From Tepidanaerobacteraceae bacterium (lineage in GTDB: Bacteria; Bacillota; Thermosediminibacteria; Thermosediminibacterales; Tepidanaerobacteraceae), in the NCBI GenBank assembly GCA_050949725.1, contig JBMNGH010000007.1:4622-68621 (forward strand): a DNA stretch of 64,000 bases. Reading direction: 5' to 3'. The notes beneath the pieces are model-generated. The model was not told the DNA's origin. It saw only the letters and a list, made by a program, of their open reading frames with translations, and searched no databases. Below are positions 45,801-56,413 of the stretch, piece after piece. Both the position numbers and the translations under genes were made by a program. How positions within the stretch are numbered: position 1 is the first letter of the stretch; each line of letters begins with the position of its first letter.

Positions 45801-46865
45801 TTAATACCCGGCAACATTTAATTTGCGGCAGAGTTCCTGCGCTTTAGGCAATTTGTATATTCCGTTTTCTTCGAATACCTCTCCATCTAAGATTATCGTC
45901 GGTTTCAACAGTATACCGTCGGTATGTGAAGCTGCTGACCAGCATTCACCCATAATCGAGGCTCCTTGGCTGCCGATGCCAAATTCCATGCAGCCGAACA
46001 CCCTTTCATCTTCTACAATTCGACCTGTGGTTCTCGTCACACCAGGGTTGAAGCCAAGGGAATAATGAGCTAATCTATACATATTCGAGTCGTCCATTGA
46101 TTTGATCCAGTTTTCAAAAATCCTTGCTTCTACATCTCCATCTATATTTACAACCCGGCCTTCTTTTATTTCCAGTTTAACAGGGCTTTTCAGCAGGCCA
46201 AGCTCCAATGGAGGCCATAAGGCTCCGTCAAACACCAGTGTACCGTTAATAGTGCTCTCTATGGGACACCAGCTTATCTGGCCTCCCAGCATTATGGGAT
46301 ATCCCTTTTGGGTAGCTTTCTGGCCGGAATGACGCACCTTTCTTCCGCGATTATAAGCAGTCAGATATGTTCCATTGTCACTTTTTACTATTACTTCATC
46401 CGCCGACTGAACTGCTTCTTTAAAGAATTCTCCAAGCTCTATAAGTAAATCGTAATCCACTCTAGCAATAGTTTTTACCAACATTTCCACATCCATGCCG
46501 GTAAGACAAATATACCTGCACCCGTTCTCCAGTGATTTCTTCCAGGAAGGAGAGTGCATAATGTAAGAATATGTAAATTCTATCCACACATCAGCATTTG
46601 AAACCGCACCTCCTACGGGAGCAGGGGGCTCTATGCAGGCATTTGGTGCTGTGGGATAGTATACAACCGTCGGCATGGCTCCAATGCTGTAAACAGCATT
46701 GGCCGTGGCCTCCGCTACTCTCCTGTCGGTAGAGGAGTCAGCAGTTATGACAACATTTTCCCCTTCTTTAACCAACATTACATCTTTCACCAGCTTTAAT
46801 GCCCCTTTGGCAACCTCAAAACTCAAGTACTCTGCTGTTGGTTCAATGCCAATGTTCAATTCCAT
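45801..46865 (-). CDS. aminopeptidase-T / NicX-like (M29 fold) protein, paralog C
   Basis: About 354 aa. It aligns with 36651-37697 (EDERVFGCMEFGIGSQG...SHTDGI). The start is the ATG at 46865, after GAAAGGATGG. Confidence 0.7.
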   Translation of the reverse strand: MELNIGIEPTAEYLSFEVAKGALKLVKDVMLVKEGENVVITADSSTDRRVAEATANAVYSIGAMPTVVYYPTAPNACIEPPAPVGGAVSNADVWIEFTYSYIMHSPSWKKSLENGCRYICLTGMDVEMLVKTIARVDYDLLIELGEFFKEAVQSADEVIVKSDNGTYLTAYNRGRKVRHSGQKATQKGYPIMLGGQISWCPIESTINGTLVFDGALWPPLELGLLKSPVKLEIKEGRVVNIDGDVEARIFENWIKSMDDSNMYRLAHYSLGFNPGVTRTTGRIVEDERVFGCMEFGIGSQGASIMGECWSAASHTDGILLKPTIILDGEVFEENGIYKLPKAQELCRKLNVAGY

Positions 46866-46924
46866 AATTACCATCCTTTCTTTAAACATATTAATTTGCT
46901 TTTATTAAGCATTTATTATAACCT

Positions 46925-48325
46925 CTATTTAATTAACTCATAAATCGCCTGAACATAAATTTTCGAAATTTTTCTGAGATCCTCCAGCAAAATATATTCG
47001 TCTTTTTGGTGAGCCAGTTCCTTTTGCCCAGGAAACACCGGCCCAAAGGAAACGGTATTTTTTATATACCTGCAGTAAGTGCCTCCACCGATCGAAATAA
47101 GTTCCGCTTCGGCCCCGGTCATCTCCTTATAAATGTTCTGAAGTTTTTTAATAAAAGGCGTGTCTGGTTCAACATATAGGGGCAATTTGTGTTGGATTAT
47201 TCTAAATTCAGATTCTAAATCCATGGCGATTTCCTTCAGTTTTTCGATGATCTGATTTCCATCAGCCGTCACAGGATATCTTACATCAAATTTAAGGCTC
47301 CCACGTTCTGCATTGAAATCCGCTATACCTAAATTAATTGTCAAGGCACCGGAAACTTTGTCACTACATGATATCCCAAGCGTTCTCCCATCATGCTCCA
47401 TTTTTAATCTGGCCACTGCGGCATCAATGAAAGTTTTTGCTTTCCTGCCACCGAAACTAATGTGAGATAAAAAACTCAAAAGCATTTGAATAGCGTTTTC
47501 CCCATCTTCAGGGTAACTGGCATGAGCCGAAAGCCCTTCAGCTTTTATGTGGATGCCATCAAGGGAGTCTTCAATAAGGATTTTGCCAGCAAAACCCTCT
47601 TGGTTTACTAATTGCAAGATTTTTTCCTTATCCACACCTTTTATTATCGCTTCCGCACAGTCTGGCACTACATTCAAACGTGTCCCACCTTGAACACTTA
47701 TCAGGAATGGCCTGCATCCTTTGTCTTGGGTAAAGCTTTTAATTATCTCAAATCGCAAAATCCCTTTTTCCGCATAAATAATTGGAAACTCCGCATCCGG
47801 GGAAAAACCGTATATAGGTGTTTCTTCCTTTTCAAGATAGTATTTCAAACCCCTGGCTTCAGTCTCCTCATCAGTTCCTATTATTAAACGGGCTCTCTTT
47901 GAAACAGGAAGCCTGGATTCCTTTATCGCTTTTAGAGCATATAAAGCAGCGAGCGTCGGCCCTTTGTCGTCAACCGAGCCACGGCCGTAAAGCTTTCCTT
48001 CTTTAATTTCTCCACCGAAAGGAGATGCTGCTGACCAGCCTGTCCCGGCAGGTACCACATCGATATGCCCCAAAATACCCACCATCTCAATGCCTTTACC
48101 TGTTTCTGCATATCCTGCATAGTTATCTACATTTTTGGTTGCTAGCCCCATCTCCCGACTTTTATTTAATATCCACTTAAGTGCCTCATCTATTTTTGGT
48201 CCAAAGGGGTAATTCTTATCAGACTTATCTTCGTCCAAGACGCTTGGAATCATTATGAATTCTTGAAGATTTCTCACCATTTCATTAAAATACTCATCAA
48301 TTTTTAGATTCAGAACGCTTTCCAT
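46925..48325 (-). CDS. pepV: M20-family dipeptidase (PepV/Sapep-like)
   Basis: The motifs are GHIDVVP, RGSVDDKGP, DEETE and YGFSPDAEFPIIYAEKG. The start is the ATG at 48325, after AGGAGAG. Confidence 0.8.
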   Translation of the reverse strand: MESVLNLKIDEYFNEMVRNLQEFIMIPSVLDEDKSDKNYPFGPKIDEALKWILNKSREMGLATKNVDNYAGYAETGKGIEMVGILGHIDVVPAGTGWSAASPFGGEIKEGKLYGRGSVDDKGPTLAALYALKAIKESRLPVSKRARLIIGTDEETEARGLKYYLEKEETPIYGFSPDAEFPIIYAEKGILRFEIIKSFTQDKGCRPFLISVQGGTRLNVVPDCAEAIIKGVDKEKILQLVNQEGFAGKILIEDSLDGIHIKAEGLSAHASYPEDGENAIQMLLSFLSHISFGGRKAKTFIDAAVARLKMEHDGRTLGISCSDKVSGALTINLGIADFNAERGSLKFDVRYPVTADGNQIIEKLKEIAMDLESEFRIIQHKLPLYVEPDTPFIKKLQNIYKEMTGAEAELISIGGGTYCRYIKNTVSFGPVFPGQKELAHQKDEYILLEDLRKISKIYVQAIYELIK

Positions 48326-48882
48326 TCTATCTCTCCTAAAAATATAATTTGTTATATAAATTTTGGTCCATTGCAAATCGTGTTTTATAGAAATAAACTG
48401 CTTGCTTAAAAAACTAATTTAATAAATTGAAGATAAACACCCCCTCCGAGGTAATTGTTTCTCAGTATTGGGCATTTATGCTGGGATTCTAGCTTCTATT
48501 TATCTCTGGAAAATCAGCAGAACTGATTTCAATTTTGCAATTTATACGTCGACATAATCACACGTCTTTATATAAGCGAAATATTTTTAATAATATGAAC
48601 ATGGCCTTCATTGTTAATTTTAACATAATGGATAATAGCGTCAAGTATTTGGATAGTGGTCAAATAAGGTTCAACTTTACAAAATACAAAAAAAGGCCCC
48701 GTAAACCCTTCAAATGAGAGTAGAGACCTCGATTCAGTATTCATAAAGCATTTTTAATCTAGACAAGCATTCAATTACGTAATCTCACGGTCTTCATAAA
48801 CAACTATGTAATAATCATGCAAGTTATTGCTTAAACCTAGGATTAGATTGGCAAAACATAAATTAAAAACGGTAACCAAATA

Positions 48883-49263
48883 CTAAATAGACGCAATAAA
48901 CTCCATTTCTATTTTTACATCTTTTGGCAACCTAGATACTTCAACACAGCTTCTTGCAGGGGGAGAATTTTTGAAATAGCCGGAATATATATCGTTTATC
49001 GTCGCAAAGTCATCCATATCTGCTATGAACAATGTTGTTTTAACTATGTTATCCATTGATGCTCCAAGGGATTCCAACAGCCCTTGCACGTTTTCCAAAA
49101 CCTGTTTTGTCTGTTCTTGAATGCCTCCGTCCACAATTTTTCCAGTAGCAGGATTAAGCGGTATCTGACCCGAAGCAAACAAAAACCCCCCCGATTTAAC
49201 CGCCTGTGAATAGGGTCCTATAGCGGCCGGTGCTTTTTCTGTGGAAATAACTTTCTTGTCCAT
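48883..49263 (-). CDS. ridA: RidA (YjgF/YER057c/UK114) reactive-intermediate deaminase
   Basis: 126 aa. The motifs are APAAIGPYSQAV, SGQIPLNP and ARSCVEVSRLPKDVKIEME. Confidence 0.9.
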   Translation of the reverse strand: MDKKVISTEKAPAAIGPYSQAVKSGGFLFASGQIPLNPATGKIVDGGIQEQTKQVLENVQGLLESLGASMDNIVKTTLFIADMDDFATINDIYSGYFKNSPPARSCVEVSRLPKDVKIEMEFIASI

Positions 49264-49293
49264 AAAATCACTCTCCTTTTAATAATACCTTAA

Positions 49294-50910
49294 TCATTCA
49301 ACGTACCATTTGGAAATGCTGTCAAATACATTACTGGTGTCAGGCGCAACTCCTTTGATTCTTTCACTGACACACACAATGCTATTGGGACTGTACAAGA
49401 AAAGATACGGTACATCACGTGCTATTATCTCTTGTGCTTCATACATTAACTCTTGAAATTTTTCCTCATCCTTTTCTACATTTGCTTTATCCAGTATAGC
49501 ATCAAGTTCATCTTCACTATAAGAAACAAAGTTATACCCATTTTTAATCGCCTTGCTTGAAAACATCGAATTTAAATCGGGAACAGTTAAGAGCTTCCAC
49601 CCCATTAAGGCCGCATCATACTGCTTATCTAACACCCTTTTTTTAAGTTCATCCCAAGAAAGGTTTACAAGTCTAACTGATATCCCTATTTCCTTTAGAT
49701 TTTCTTGTATATCAACAGCAGCTTGGTATCTTGAGGAATTAGATGAATTTACCAGTAGCTCAAATTCAAATTTATGGGTCTTTCCTTTAATTCTTTTTTC
49801 TTTTATCCCATCACCATCAATATCCTCCCATCCCGCATCCTTTAAGATTTGGGCAGCCATGTCCATATTGTACATGCTACTTTGTACAGCTGAATTAAAT
49901 ACCCATGAGTGAGGCAAAACAGGACCATCAACGATAATTCCCAAACCCTGGACGGCATTTTGGAGGATCGCAGGCCTGTCAATCCCGGCCAGTAATGCCT
50001 TCCTAACGCTAGCATCTTCAAAAATTGGGTTTCTTTGATTCAGGGCAACAAATTCCAAATAACTGGACGGATACTGAATCAGGTTCATGCCTTTTACATC
50101 GCGAAAGAAATTCCAGTCCTGATTATTGATAAAGAGCAGGTCAATTTCACCTTTTCTGAATGATTGTTTGGCAGAGGCTTTTTCTCCAAACATCCGTACA
50201 TTGACCTTTGCAATTATAGGCTTAGTGCCGAAATAGCTTTCATTCCTTTCTAGGGTTATTGTATCAGTTGTACTATTTGTTACTTTAAACTGACCTGTTC
50301 CAGGCACTAATTCCGCATTTTCTTCATTTGACTGGGATTTTAAATACGAAGCTGGCGCGATTCCAAAAGTCATTCTGCCGAGTATACCTCCGAAAGGCTG
50401 ATTTAAAGTAACCACAACAGTGCTTTCATCAGGTGCGCTATAATCTAATATATAGTCTAATTCCGGAAATACAGTTGCTTTGTCTTCTTTATATCTCGTT
50501 TCTTTTAAAAGAAAGAGCCTGTCAAAAGTCGCTATGACATCTTGTGATGTCAAATTTTGGCCATCATGCCACTTAACACCCTTTTTTAGGTGAAAGGTAT
50601 AGATTTTGCCATCATCGGAAATATCCCATGACTCAGCAAGACAAGGTTTAGTATGCCCCTTACCGTCAATTATCACAAGGCCGTTATACACCAAATTAGA
50701 AATTAACCTTTCTTCATCATTTTTAATCTGAAATGGGTCAAGTTTAACATGTGAACATACGCCGATTCTTAACTCGTCTGTAATATGTGGCATGTTCTGT
50801 GTATCCTCTTTTTCTATCGGCGTAAGTAAATTGTCATTAGAACAACCAGAAATCAGAAATGTTATACATAAGAGAAGTGCCGCTGCCAACTTCAAAATTG
50901 TTTTCATCAT
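49294..50910 (-). CDS. ABC-type peptide/nickel substrate-binding lipoprotein (family 5), orphan
   Basis: It has a lipobox (LISGCS) after MMKTILKLAAALLL, and its body pattern is that of SBP_bac_5. No cognate permease or ATPase genes lie nearby. Confidence 0.8.
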   Translation of the reverse strand: MMKTILKLAAALLLCITFLISGCSNDNLLTPIEKEDTQNMPHITDELRIGVCSHVKLDPFQIKNDEERLISNLVYNGLVIIDGKGHTKPCLAESWDISDDGKIYTFHLKKGVKWHDGQNLTSQDVIATFDRLFLLKETRYKEDKATVFPELDYILDYSAPDESTVVVTLNQPFGGILGRMTFGIAPASYLKSQSNEENAELVPGTGQFKVTNSTTDTITLERNESYFGTKPIIAKVNVRMFGEKASAKQSFRKGEIDLLFINNQDWNFFRDVKGMNLIQYPSSYLEFVALNQRNPIFEDASVRKALLAGIDRPAILQNAVQGLGIIVDGPVLPHSWVFNSAVQSSMYNMDMAAQILKDAGWEDIDGDGIKEKRIKGKTHKFEFELLVNSSNSSRYQAAVDIQENLKEIGISVRLVNLSWDELKKRVLDKQYDAALMGWKLLTVPDLNSMFSSKAIKNGYNFVSYSEDELDAILDKANVEKDEEKFQELMYEAQEIIARDVPYLFLYSPNSIVCVSERIKGVAPDTSNVFDSISKWYVE

Positions 50911-51013
50911 TGGGCCCCCAGTATAAACCAGAAACATTTGACATTATAATGAAATTATAGTATACATGAAATCAGAGGTCAATTTCCAAGGCCATTTAAC
51001 TCGGAGGTATGTT

Positions 51014-51418
51014 ATGGAAAGGACTTTTGTCATGATAAAACCGGATGGTGTAAGACGCGGACTGATAGGCACAATCTTAAAAAAATATGAAGACAAAGGG
51101 CTTAAAATAATCGCCGGAAAGTTGATGAACGTTCCAATAGAACTCGCCAAAAAACACTACTGTGAACACACCTCAAAACCTTTTTTTAATGAATTAATCA
51201 GCTACATAACATCTGGACCAGTCTTTGCAGCGGTTCTAGAAGGCAATAAGGCAGTGACAATCGTCCGCCTCCTCAACGGGGCCACTAAGGTTGAAGATGC
51301 CCTTCCCGGTACAATTCGTGGGGATATGGCAATTTCTACAACAGAAAACCTAGTCCACGGCTCGGACAGTGGTGACAGTGCAAAAAGAGAAATAGCCCTC
51401 TGGTTCCCTGAATTGTGA
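51014..51418 (+). CDS. ndk: nucleoside-diphosphate kinase
   Basis: It reads [19 protein letters not shown] and has the active-site motif NLVHGSDS. The ATG at 51014 lies 7 nt after GGAGG. Confidence 0.95.
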   Translation: MERTFVMIKPDGVRRGLIGTILKKYEDKGLKIIAGKLMNVPIELAKKHYCEHTSKPFFNELISYITSGPVFAAVLEGNKAVTIVRLLNGATKVEDALPGTIRGDMAISTTENLVHGSDSGDSAKREIALWFPEL

Positions 51419-52453
51419 TTATTTCATTTTCTTAAGCTTTGGATTATCAACAATACCTGGAATTCTTCCCCTCTTTGCTATCGGTTTGCCGTCAACCATT
51501 TTTAAATCAAGGGTCATATCTATCGGCGGCGCCCCCGATATATAGCTTCCAACACCGAACGCATCTGCGCCCGCATCTGACAGAATTTTTATCCTGTCCG
51601 GACAAAGCCCCCCTGAAACAAATATCTTGATATGCTCATACCCCTTCTGATCTAATCTCTTTCTGAGTTCATAGACGAGCCCAGGGGTTACCCCGCCCCT
51701 TTCACTCGGCGTGTCAAGTCTTACACCTTCTAATGCGCTACCAAGAGCCTCGGCTAACGCAAGCGTCTCTTCTACCTCGTCCCTAAATGTATCGACTAAG
51801 ATAATCCTGGGAGAATCGGGAGGCATTATCTCATCATATACCTTTGCAACCGAAATTGTTTGGCCTGCGACAATCATGGCAGCATGTGGAATGGTCCCTG
51901 AAGGGTCCCTCCCAAGCAGCTTTGCAGCCAATATGCAGCTGGCGTTATTGGCCCCTCCTATTATGGCCGCGCGCTCCATTACAGGGGCAACAGCAGGGTG
52001 AACATGGCGGGCACCAAAGCAGATAAATACCTTGTCCTCTACAGCCTGACGACATTTCCATGCTGCGGTAGCCCAGGCACTTGAATGTGCCATCATGCCT
52101 AAAATCACTGTTTCGTAAATACCGAATTCCCGATAAGGCCCCTTTATCCGCATGACTGTATCCTTGGCCTCAAAGGTTTCACCTTCCGGTATAGCATCAA
52201 TCTCGACGGCCTTGTTTTTTAATAAGTTGAGCACTTCTTGGGTCCCGCACATCATCCCTGATTTCCTGGGAAATATTTCTGCTACTACTTCCTTTGAAGC
52301 AATTCCCATATGATTTAAAATATCCATTGTCTTTATGAAATATATGTCAGTCGTAAGCCCGGCTGCTATTTCATCATGATTTGCAGAAAACAATGGCCTG
52401 TCGTGTTCGAGTTTTAATCTTTTCACTTGAGACAATGTTTTAATTTCTTCCAT
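51419..52453 (-). CDS. nicotinate phosphoribosyltransferase (short, archaeal/clostridial type)
   Basis: The pattern TDIYFIKT...FGARHVHP...GVRLDTPS...IFVSGGL matches type II PRTases of the NAPRTase branch. Confidence 0.8.
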   Translation of the reverse strand: MEEIKTLSQVKRLKLEHDRPLFSANHDEIAAGLTTDIYFIKTMDILNHMGIASKEVVAEIFPRKSGMMCGTQEVLNLLKNKAVEIDAIPEGETFEAKDTVMRIKGPYREFGIYETVILGMMAHSSAWATAAWKCRQAVEDKVFICFGARHVHPAVAPVMERAAIIGGANNASCILAAKLLGRDPSGTIPHAAMIVAGQTISVAKVYDEIMPPDSPRIILVDTFRDEVEETLALAEALGSALEGVRLDTPSERGGVTPGLVYELRKRLDQKGYEHIKIFVSGGLCPDRIKILSDAGADAFGVGSYISGAPPIDMTLDLKMVDGKPIAKRGRIPGIVDNPKLKKMK

Positions 52454-52528
52454 AATAGTAAACCTCTCTTTCGTTTTAAAAAAAATTAACATATACAGCC
52501 GAGTATTATTAATTTATCAAAACAACCT

Positions 52529-53104
52529 CTAAAAAGCGTATAATTTTCTATACCACCTGTAAGCCTTTTTTACTTTTATGACAAATTCCCTCGTCTCATC
52601 AAACGGTATACCATCTTCTCTGGCATCGACTAACTTGCCGTTCTTTAACCACTTAGCTACATTTCCCCTGCCTCCATTATACGCAGCAAGGACAAGAGTC
52701 ATATCATCGCCAAACTCATTTTGTAAGGTTTTAAGATACCATGTCCCAATTTTGATGTTAAGTTCAGGGTCTTTTAGCTGCTCGGTTTCAAAATCCCGAA
52801 TTCCCATCTTGTCGGCTGACCATTTAGCTGTTTCAGGCATGAGCTGCATTAACCCAACAGCACCTTTAGAGGAAATTGCTTTTGGGGAAAAACCACTTTC
52901 CACCTTTATAACAGCAGCTGTTAAATAAGGGTCAACCTCATATTCGACAGAATATCGAGTAATTACATCCCGATACTTTAATGGGTAGATGTATTTCATA
53001 AACCAGAGGATATTATTGTGCAATGCAAATAACCCTATGACAATTACAAGTACAATAATAATTGCTGTTAATTTTTTTATCACTGGATAGATAAATCCTC
53101 CCAA
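52529..53104 (-). CDS. lytic transglycosylase (SLT domain) with N-terminal membrane anchor
   Basis: It has the catalytic motif VIKVESGF, plus GLMQLMP and AYNGG. Confidence 0.85.
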   Translation of the reverse strand: MGGFIYPVIKKLTAIIIVLVIVIGLFALHNNILWFMKYIYPLKYRDVITRYSVEYEVDPYLTAAVIKVESGFSPKAISSKGAVGLMQLMPETAKWSADKMGIRDFETEQLKDPELNIKIGTWYLKTLQNEFGDDMTLVLAAYNGGRGNVAKWLKNGKLVDAREDGIPFDETREFVIKVKKAYRWYRKLYAF

Positions 53105-53712
53105 ATTTTTTCTACCTGTCTTTTTGTATGTGCAATATCGCTACTGTTATCAATTATTCTTTTTGCAAACTTGAGTTTTTCCTCAAGAGGCATTTGAGCT
53201 CTTATTCTATTGATCGCCTGTCTAACTGTCATGTTTTTTTCGCGATTCATGAGCCTTTGAATTTGAGTTTTTTCATCAACCGTTACAACCCAGACCTCAT
53301 CAACATACGAATCGAGACCAACTTCCAAGAGCAAAGCGGCATCTATTACCACAACCCTCTGATTTTCTCTTTTGTAAACTAAAAGTTCATTTTTAATCTC
53401 ATCGATTATTTTGGGATGTGTAATACCATTTAAGATTTTTAGCTTTTTTTTATCGGAAAAGACTAAGCTCCCTAATTTTTTACGGTTTATCTTTCCATCA
53501 GGACATAAAATTTCATCACCAAAATGTTTTTTTATTTCAAACCAAGCTTCTTTTCCTGGAAGCATTACTTGCCTGCTTATCTTATCAGCATCTATTATAA
53601 CAGCACCTTTCTGTTTAAGCAATAAAGAAACCGTACTCTTTCCACTTGCTATCCCACCTGTAAGACCTATGACTAACAGATTAATGCCTCCTTCATTTAG
53701 AGTTCTCCCCAT
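53080..53712 (-). CDS. coaE: dephospho-CoA kinase
   Basis: It has IGLTGGIASGKST and the CoaE body pattern. It overlaps the polA stop by 16 nt. Confidence 0.9.
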   Translation of the reverse strand: MGRTLNEGGINLLVIGLTGGIASGKSTVSLLLKQKGAVIIDADKISRQVMLPGKEAWFEIKKHFGDEILCPDGKINRKKLGSLVFSDKKKLKILNGITHPKIIDEIKNELLVYKRENQRVVVIDAALLLEVGLDSYVDEVWVVTVDEKTQIQRLMNREKNMTVRQAINRIRAQMPLEEKLKFAKRIIDNSSDIAHTKRQVEKIWEDLSIQ

Positions 53713-56291
53713 GTGTATGCTTGCTTTAAGTCTACTAACAAAGGCACTTTAAGCAAAACGGCGTTTTCCATATGATGCTTTACTGCCTGTTTTACCTCAG
53801 AAAGCTCGTTTTTTGGAACATCAAGAATGAGCTCATCGTGTATTTGAAGCACCAACTTAGTTTTAAGATTATTTTGTTCTAGGTATTCATAAACCTTGAT
53901 CATTGCTATCTTTATTATATCTGCAGCACTTCCTTGTATTGGAGTATTCATAGCTGCCCTTTCCGCAAATGACCTAATGTTATAATTTTTGCTGTTTATA
54001 TCGGGTAAATACCGCCTTCGATTAAAGATAGTAGTAACATACCCCCTTGTTTTGGCTTGCTTAATTGTATTTCGAACATAATCCCTAACACCTTGATACC
54101 TTTTAAAGTATGCTTCTATATATTCTTTTGCTTCACTGTTGGTAATGCCCAACCCTTGAGCTAAACCATACTCGCTTATGCCATAAACGATACCGAAGTT
54201 TACAGCCTTTGCCTTATCCCTTAGCTCATATGAAACATCTTCTTTCGGGACTCCAAAGACTTCGCTTGCAGTCCTCGTATGTATGTCATCATTGTTTTTA
54301 AATGCCTCAATCAGACCGGTATCACCTGAAACATGTGCTAGTACCCGAAGCTCTATTTGTGAATAATCACCGGACAACAGAAGACGATCAGGGTTTTCTG
54401 CAGAAAAAACACTGCGAATTCTCCTTCCCTCATCTGTCTTTACCGGAATATTTTGCAAGTTTGGTTCAGTGCTGCTTATACGGCCGGTCGATGTCACAGT
54501 CTGATTATAATGTGTATGAATTTTTTCTGTCTCTTTGTCTAGGACGGCCAACAAGCCATCGGCATATGTTGATTTTAGCTTCATCAAGAATCTGTACCTC
54601 AAAATTTTCTCGACTATAGGGTGACTCGACTTCAGTTTTTCCAAAACATCTGCATCAGTAGAATATCCTGTCTTTGTCTTTTTAACTACAGGCAGATGTA
54701 ACTTTTCAAACAAGACTTCACCAAGTTGTTTTGGTGAATTAATGTTAAATTTTATCCCTGCCAGCTCATATATTTCATTTGTCAGGTCAGACATCTTTCT
54801 GCCAAACTCTGCTGAGAGTACCTCTAGTTTTTGCTTATCAGCTTTAATTCCAACTGTCTCCATTTCAGAGAGTACTTTGCCAAGGGGCATTTCTACATTT
54901 TCAAAAAGGTCATGCATTCCCACATCATCAAGTTGCTCGGCCAGAAAATCTTTCAATTGAATAAGCGCCAAAGCTCTAAGTCCGAAATCCTGGATATCCT
55001 GCAATTCTTTTCCCAAGTATTCATATGCTATATTTTCAATATCATAGCTGGATTTTGAAGGATTTAATAAATATGCGGCAAGCATTGTGTCAAACTTGCA
55101 ACCAAAGTTTATATTCCAGCTCTTAAAAGCACATCTGGCCAATTTCCAGTCGTGTGTAATTATTTTGCCAGATGAATGTTCAACAAAATTTTTTAGCAAT
55201 GACCTGATATCTTCATTAGAATCAAGTTCTTCCCTCTTTAGGTAATATGCACACTTTGCTGTAGAAAAACCTATTTCTAAGATATCATAAAGCGCAGGCG
55301 AAATTTTTGCTGTCTTTATGAGTATTGCCAAGAAATCCGAATTCTCAAGCACACTTATCGCTTTTTCCATATCATCAGTCGTTTTTATCCTGCTCGAAGT
55401 AATTTGTTCATGATTTGCTTCTTTTTTGTCTTGTCTTACTTCAATCTTGCTAATAAGGCTGTAAAACTCCATTTCTCGAAACAATTTTAAAAGGCGGTCA
55501 TAATCCGGGCTTTTTCTGCCGAATTCCGAAAAATCACATTCTACATCAAGTTCCCTCACTATAGTTGCCAATTTTTTGCTCATCAGAATCTGATCTTCAT
55601 AACACATTACTCCCTCTCTTATTTTTCCCTTTAGCTCATCCTTGCTTTTTAATAAATTTTCAACACTCCCAAATTGTTTTATGAGCTTAGATGCAGTTTT
55701 TAAGCCTATTCCAGGTATACCCGGAATATTGTCAGACGTATCTCCTTTTAGGGCTTTTAAATCTGTAATCCTTTCAGGTTCTACCCCATAACGATCTATG
55801 ACCTTCAGTGTATCATATAATTCCATCTTACTTATACCTTTAATTGTAAGCATCACATGTGTCAAATCAGACACTAGTTGAAGAGCATCCTTATCTCCAG
55901 TAACGATTATTGTGTATAATCCTGCATCTTCAGCCTTTTTGGAGAAAATACCCAACAAATCATCAGCCTCGAGCCCTTCCTTTTCCACATAAGAAACATT
56001 TAAAGCATTCAGCACATCCTTTAAAAGGTCGAATTGTCGGATCAGTTCATCAGGGGTTCTAGGTCGGGTGGCCTTATATTCTGAATACATGTCCTGTCTA
56101 AAAGTGGGCCCCTTTTTATCAAAAGCAACCATAACATAGTCAGGATTTTGCTCTTTTAACAGCCTAAAGAACATATTGATAAAGCCGAAAACGGCGTTTG
56201 TATATATTCCTTTTGACGACCTCAAGGGAGGCAGTGCATGAAAAGCCCTGTGTACAAGACTATTCCCATCAATTAACAACATCTTTTCCAT
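53697..56291 (-). CDS. polA: DNA polymerase I
   Basis: It has a 5'-3' exonuclease N-terminus (LLIDGNSLVHRAF), a 3'-5' exo-like middle region, and Pol A motifs (DYSQIELR, RRxAKAVNFGIVYG, QIHDEL). The ATG at 56291 follows GAGGTGA. Confidence 0.97.
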   Translation of the reverse strand: MEKMLLIDGNSLVHRAFHALPPLRSSKGIYTNAVFGFINMFFRLLKEQNPDYVMVAFDKKGPTFRQDMYSEYKATRPRTPDELIRQFDLLKDVLNALNVSYVEKEGLEADDLLGIFSKKAEDAGLYTIIVTGDKDALQLVSDLTHVMLTIKGISKMELYDTLKVIDRYGVEPERITDLKALKGDTSDNIPGIPGIGLKTASKLIKQFGSVENLLKSKDELKGKIREGVMCYEDQILMSKKLATIVRELDVECDFSEFGRKSPDYDRLLKLFREMEFYSLISKIEVRQDKKEANHEQITSSRIKTTDDMEKAISVLENSDFLAILIKTAKISPALYDILEIGFSTAKCAYYLKREELDSNEDIRSLLKNFVEHSSGKIITHDWKLARCAFKSWNINFGCKFDTMLAAYLLNPSKSSYDIENIAYEYLGKELQDIQDFGLRALALIQLKDFLAEQLDDVGMHDLFENVEMPLGKVLSEMETVGIKADKQKLEVLSAEFGRKMSDLTNEIYELAGIKFNINSPKQLGEVLFEKLHLPVVKKTKTGYSTDADVLEKLKSSHPIVEKILRYRFLMKLKSTYADGLLAVLDKETEKIHTHYNQTVTSTGRISSTEPNLQNIPVKTDEGRRIRSVFSAENPDRLLLSGDYSQIELRVLAHVSGDTGLIEAFKNNDDIHTRTASEVFGVPKEDVSYELRDKAKAVNFGIVYGISEYGLAQGLGITNSEAKEYIEAYFKRYQGVRDYVRNTIKQAKTRGYVTTIFNRRRYLPDINSKNYNIRSFAERAAMNTPIQGSAADIIKIAMIKVYEYLEQNNLKTKLVLQIHDELILDVPKNELSEVKQAVKHHMENAVLLKVPLLVDLKQAYTWGEL

Positions 56292-56348
56292 ATTTATCAC
56301 CTCGATACTATTATTTCACCAAAAAAACAGAAAAACCTGCAAAAAAAT

Positions 56349-56412
56349 AAGAACCCCACCCAACAACGCAATCAAAGATTGCTGTTGGGGCCCGGGAACC
56401 TTGCGCTTCGCT
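56349..56412 (+). repeat. dispersed hairpin repeat, copy 6 (first unit of a dimer, with the linker TTGCGCTTCGCT)
   Basis: The sequence is AAGAACCCCACCCAACAACGCAATCAAAGATTGCTGTTGGGGCCCGGGAACCTTGCGCTTCGCT. The outer helix is CCCAAC/GTTGGG. Confidence 0.9.
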
Positions 56413-56413
56413 G

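Noticed and set aside
48535-48717. A 60-aa + strand ORF in the PepV-ridA gap.
   Set aside because: It has no RBS and an Asn/Ile/Phe-rich composition typical of AT-rich non-coding DNA. It is oriented against both neighbours.
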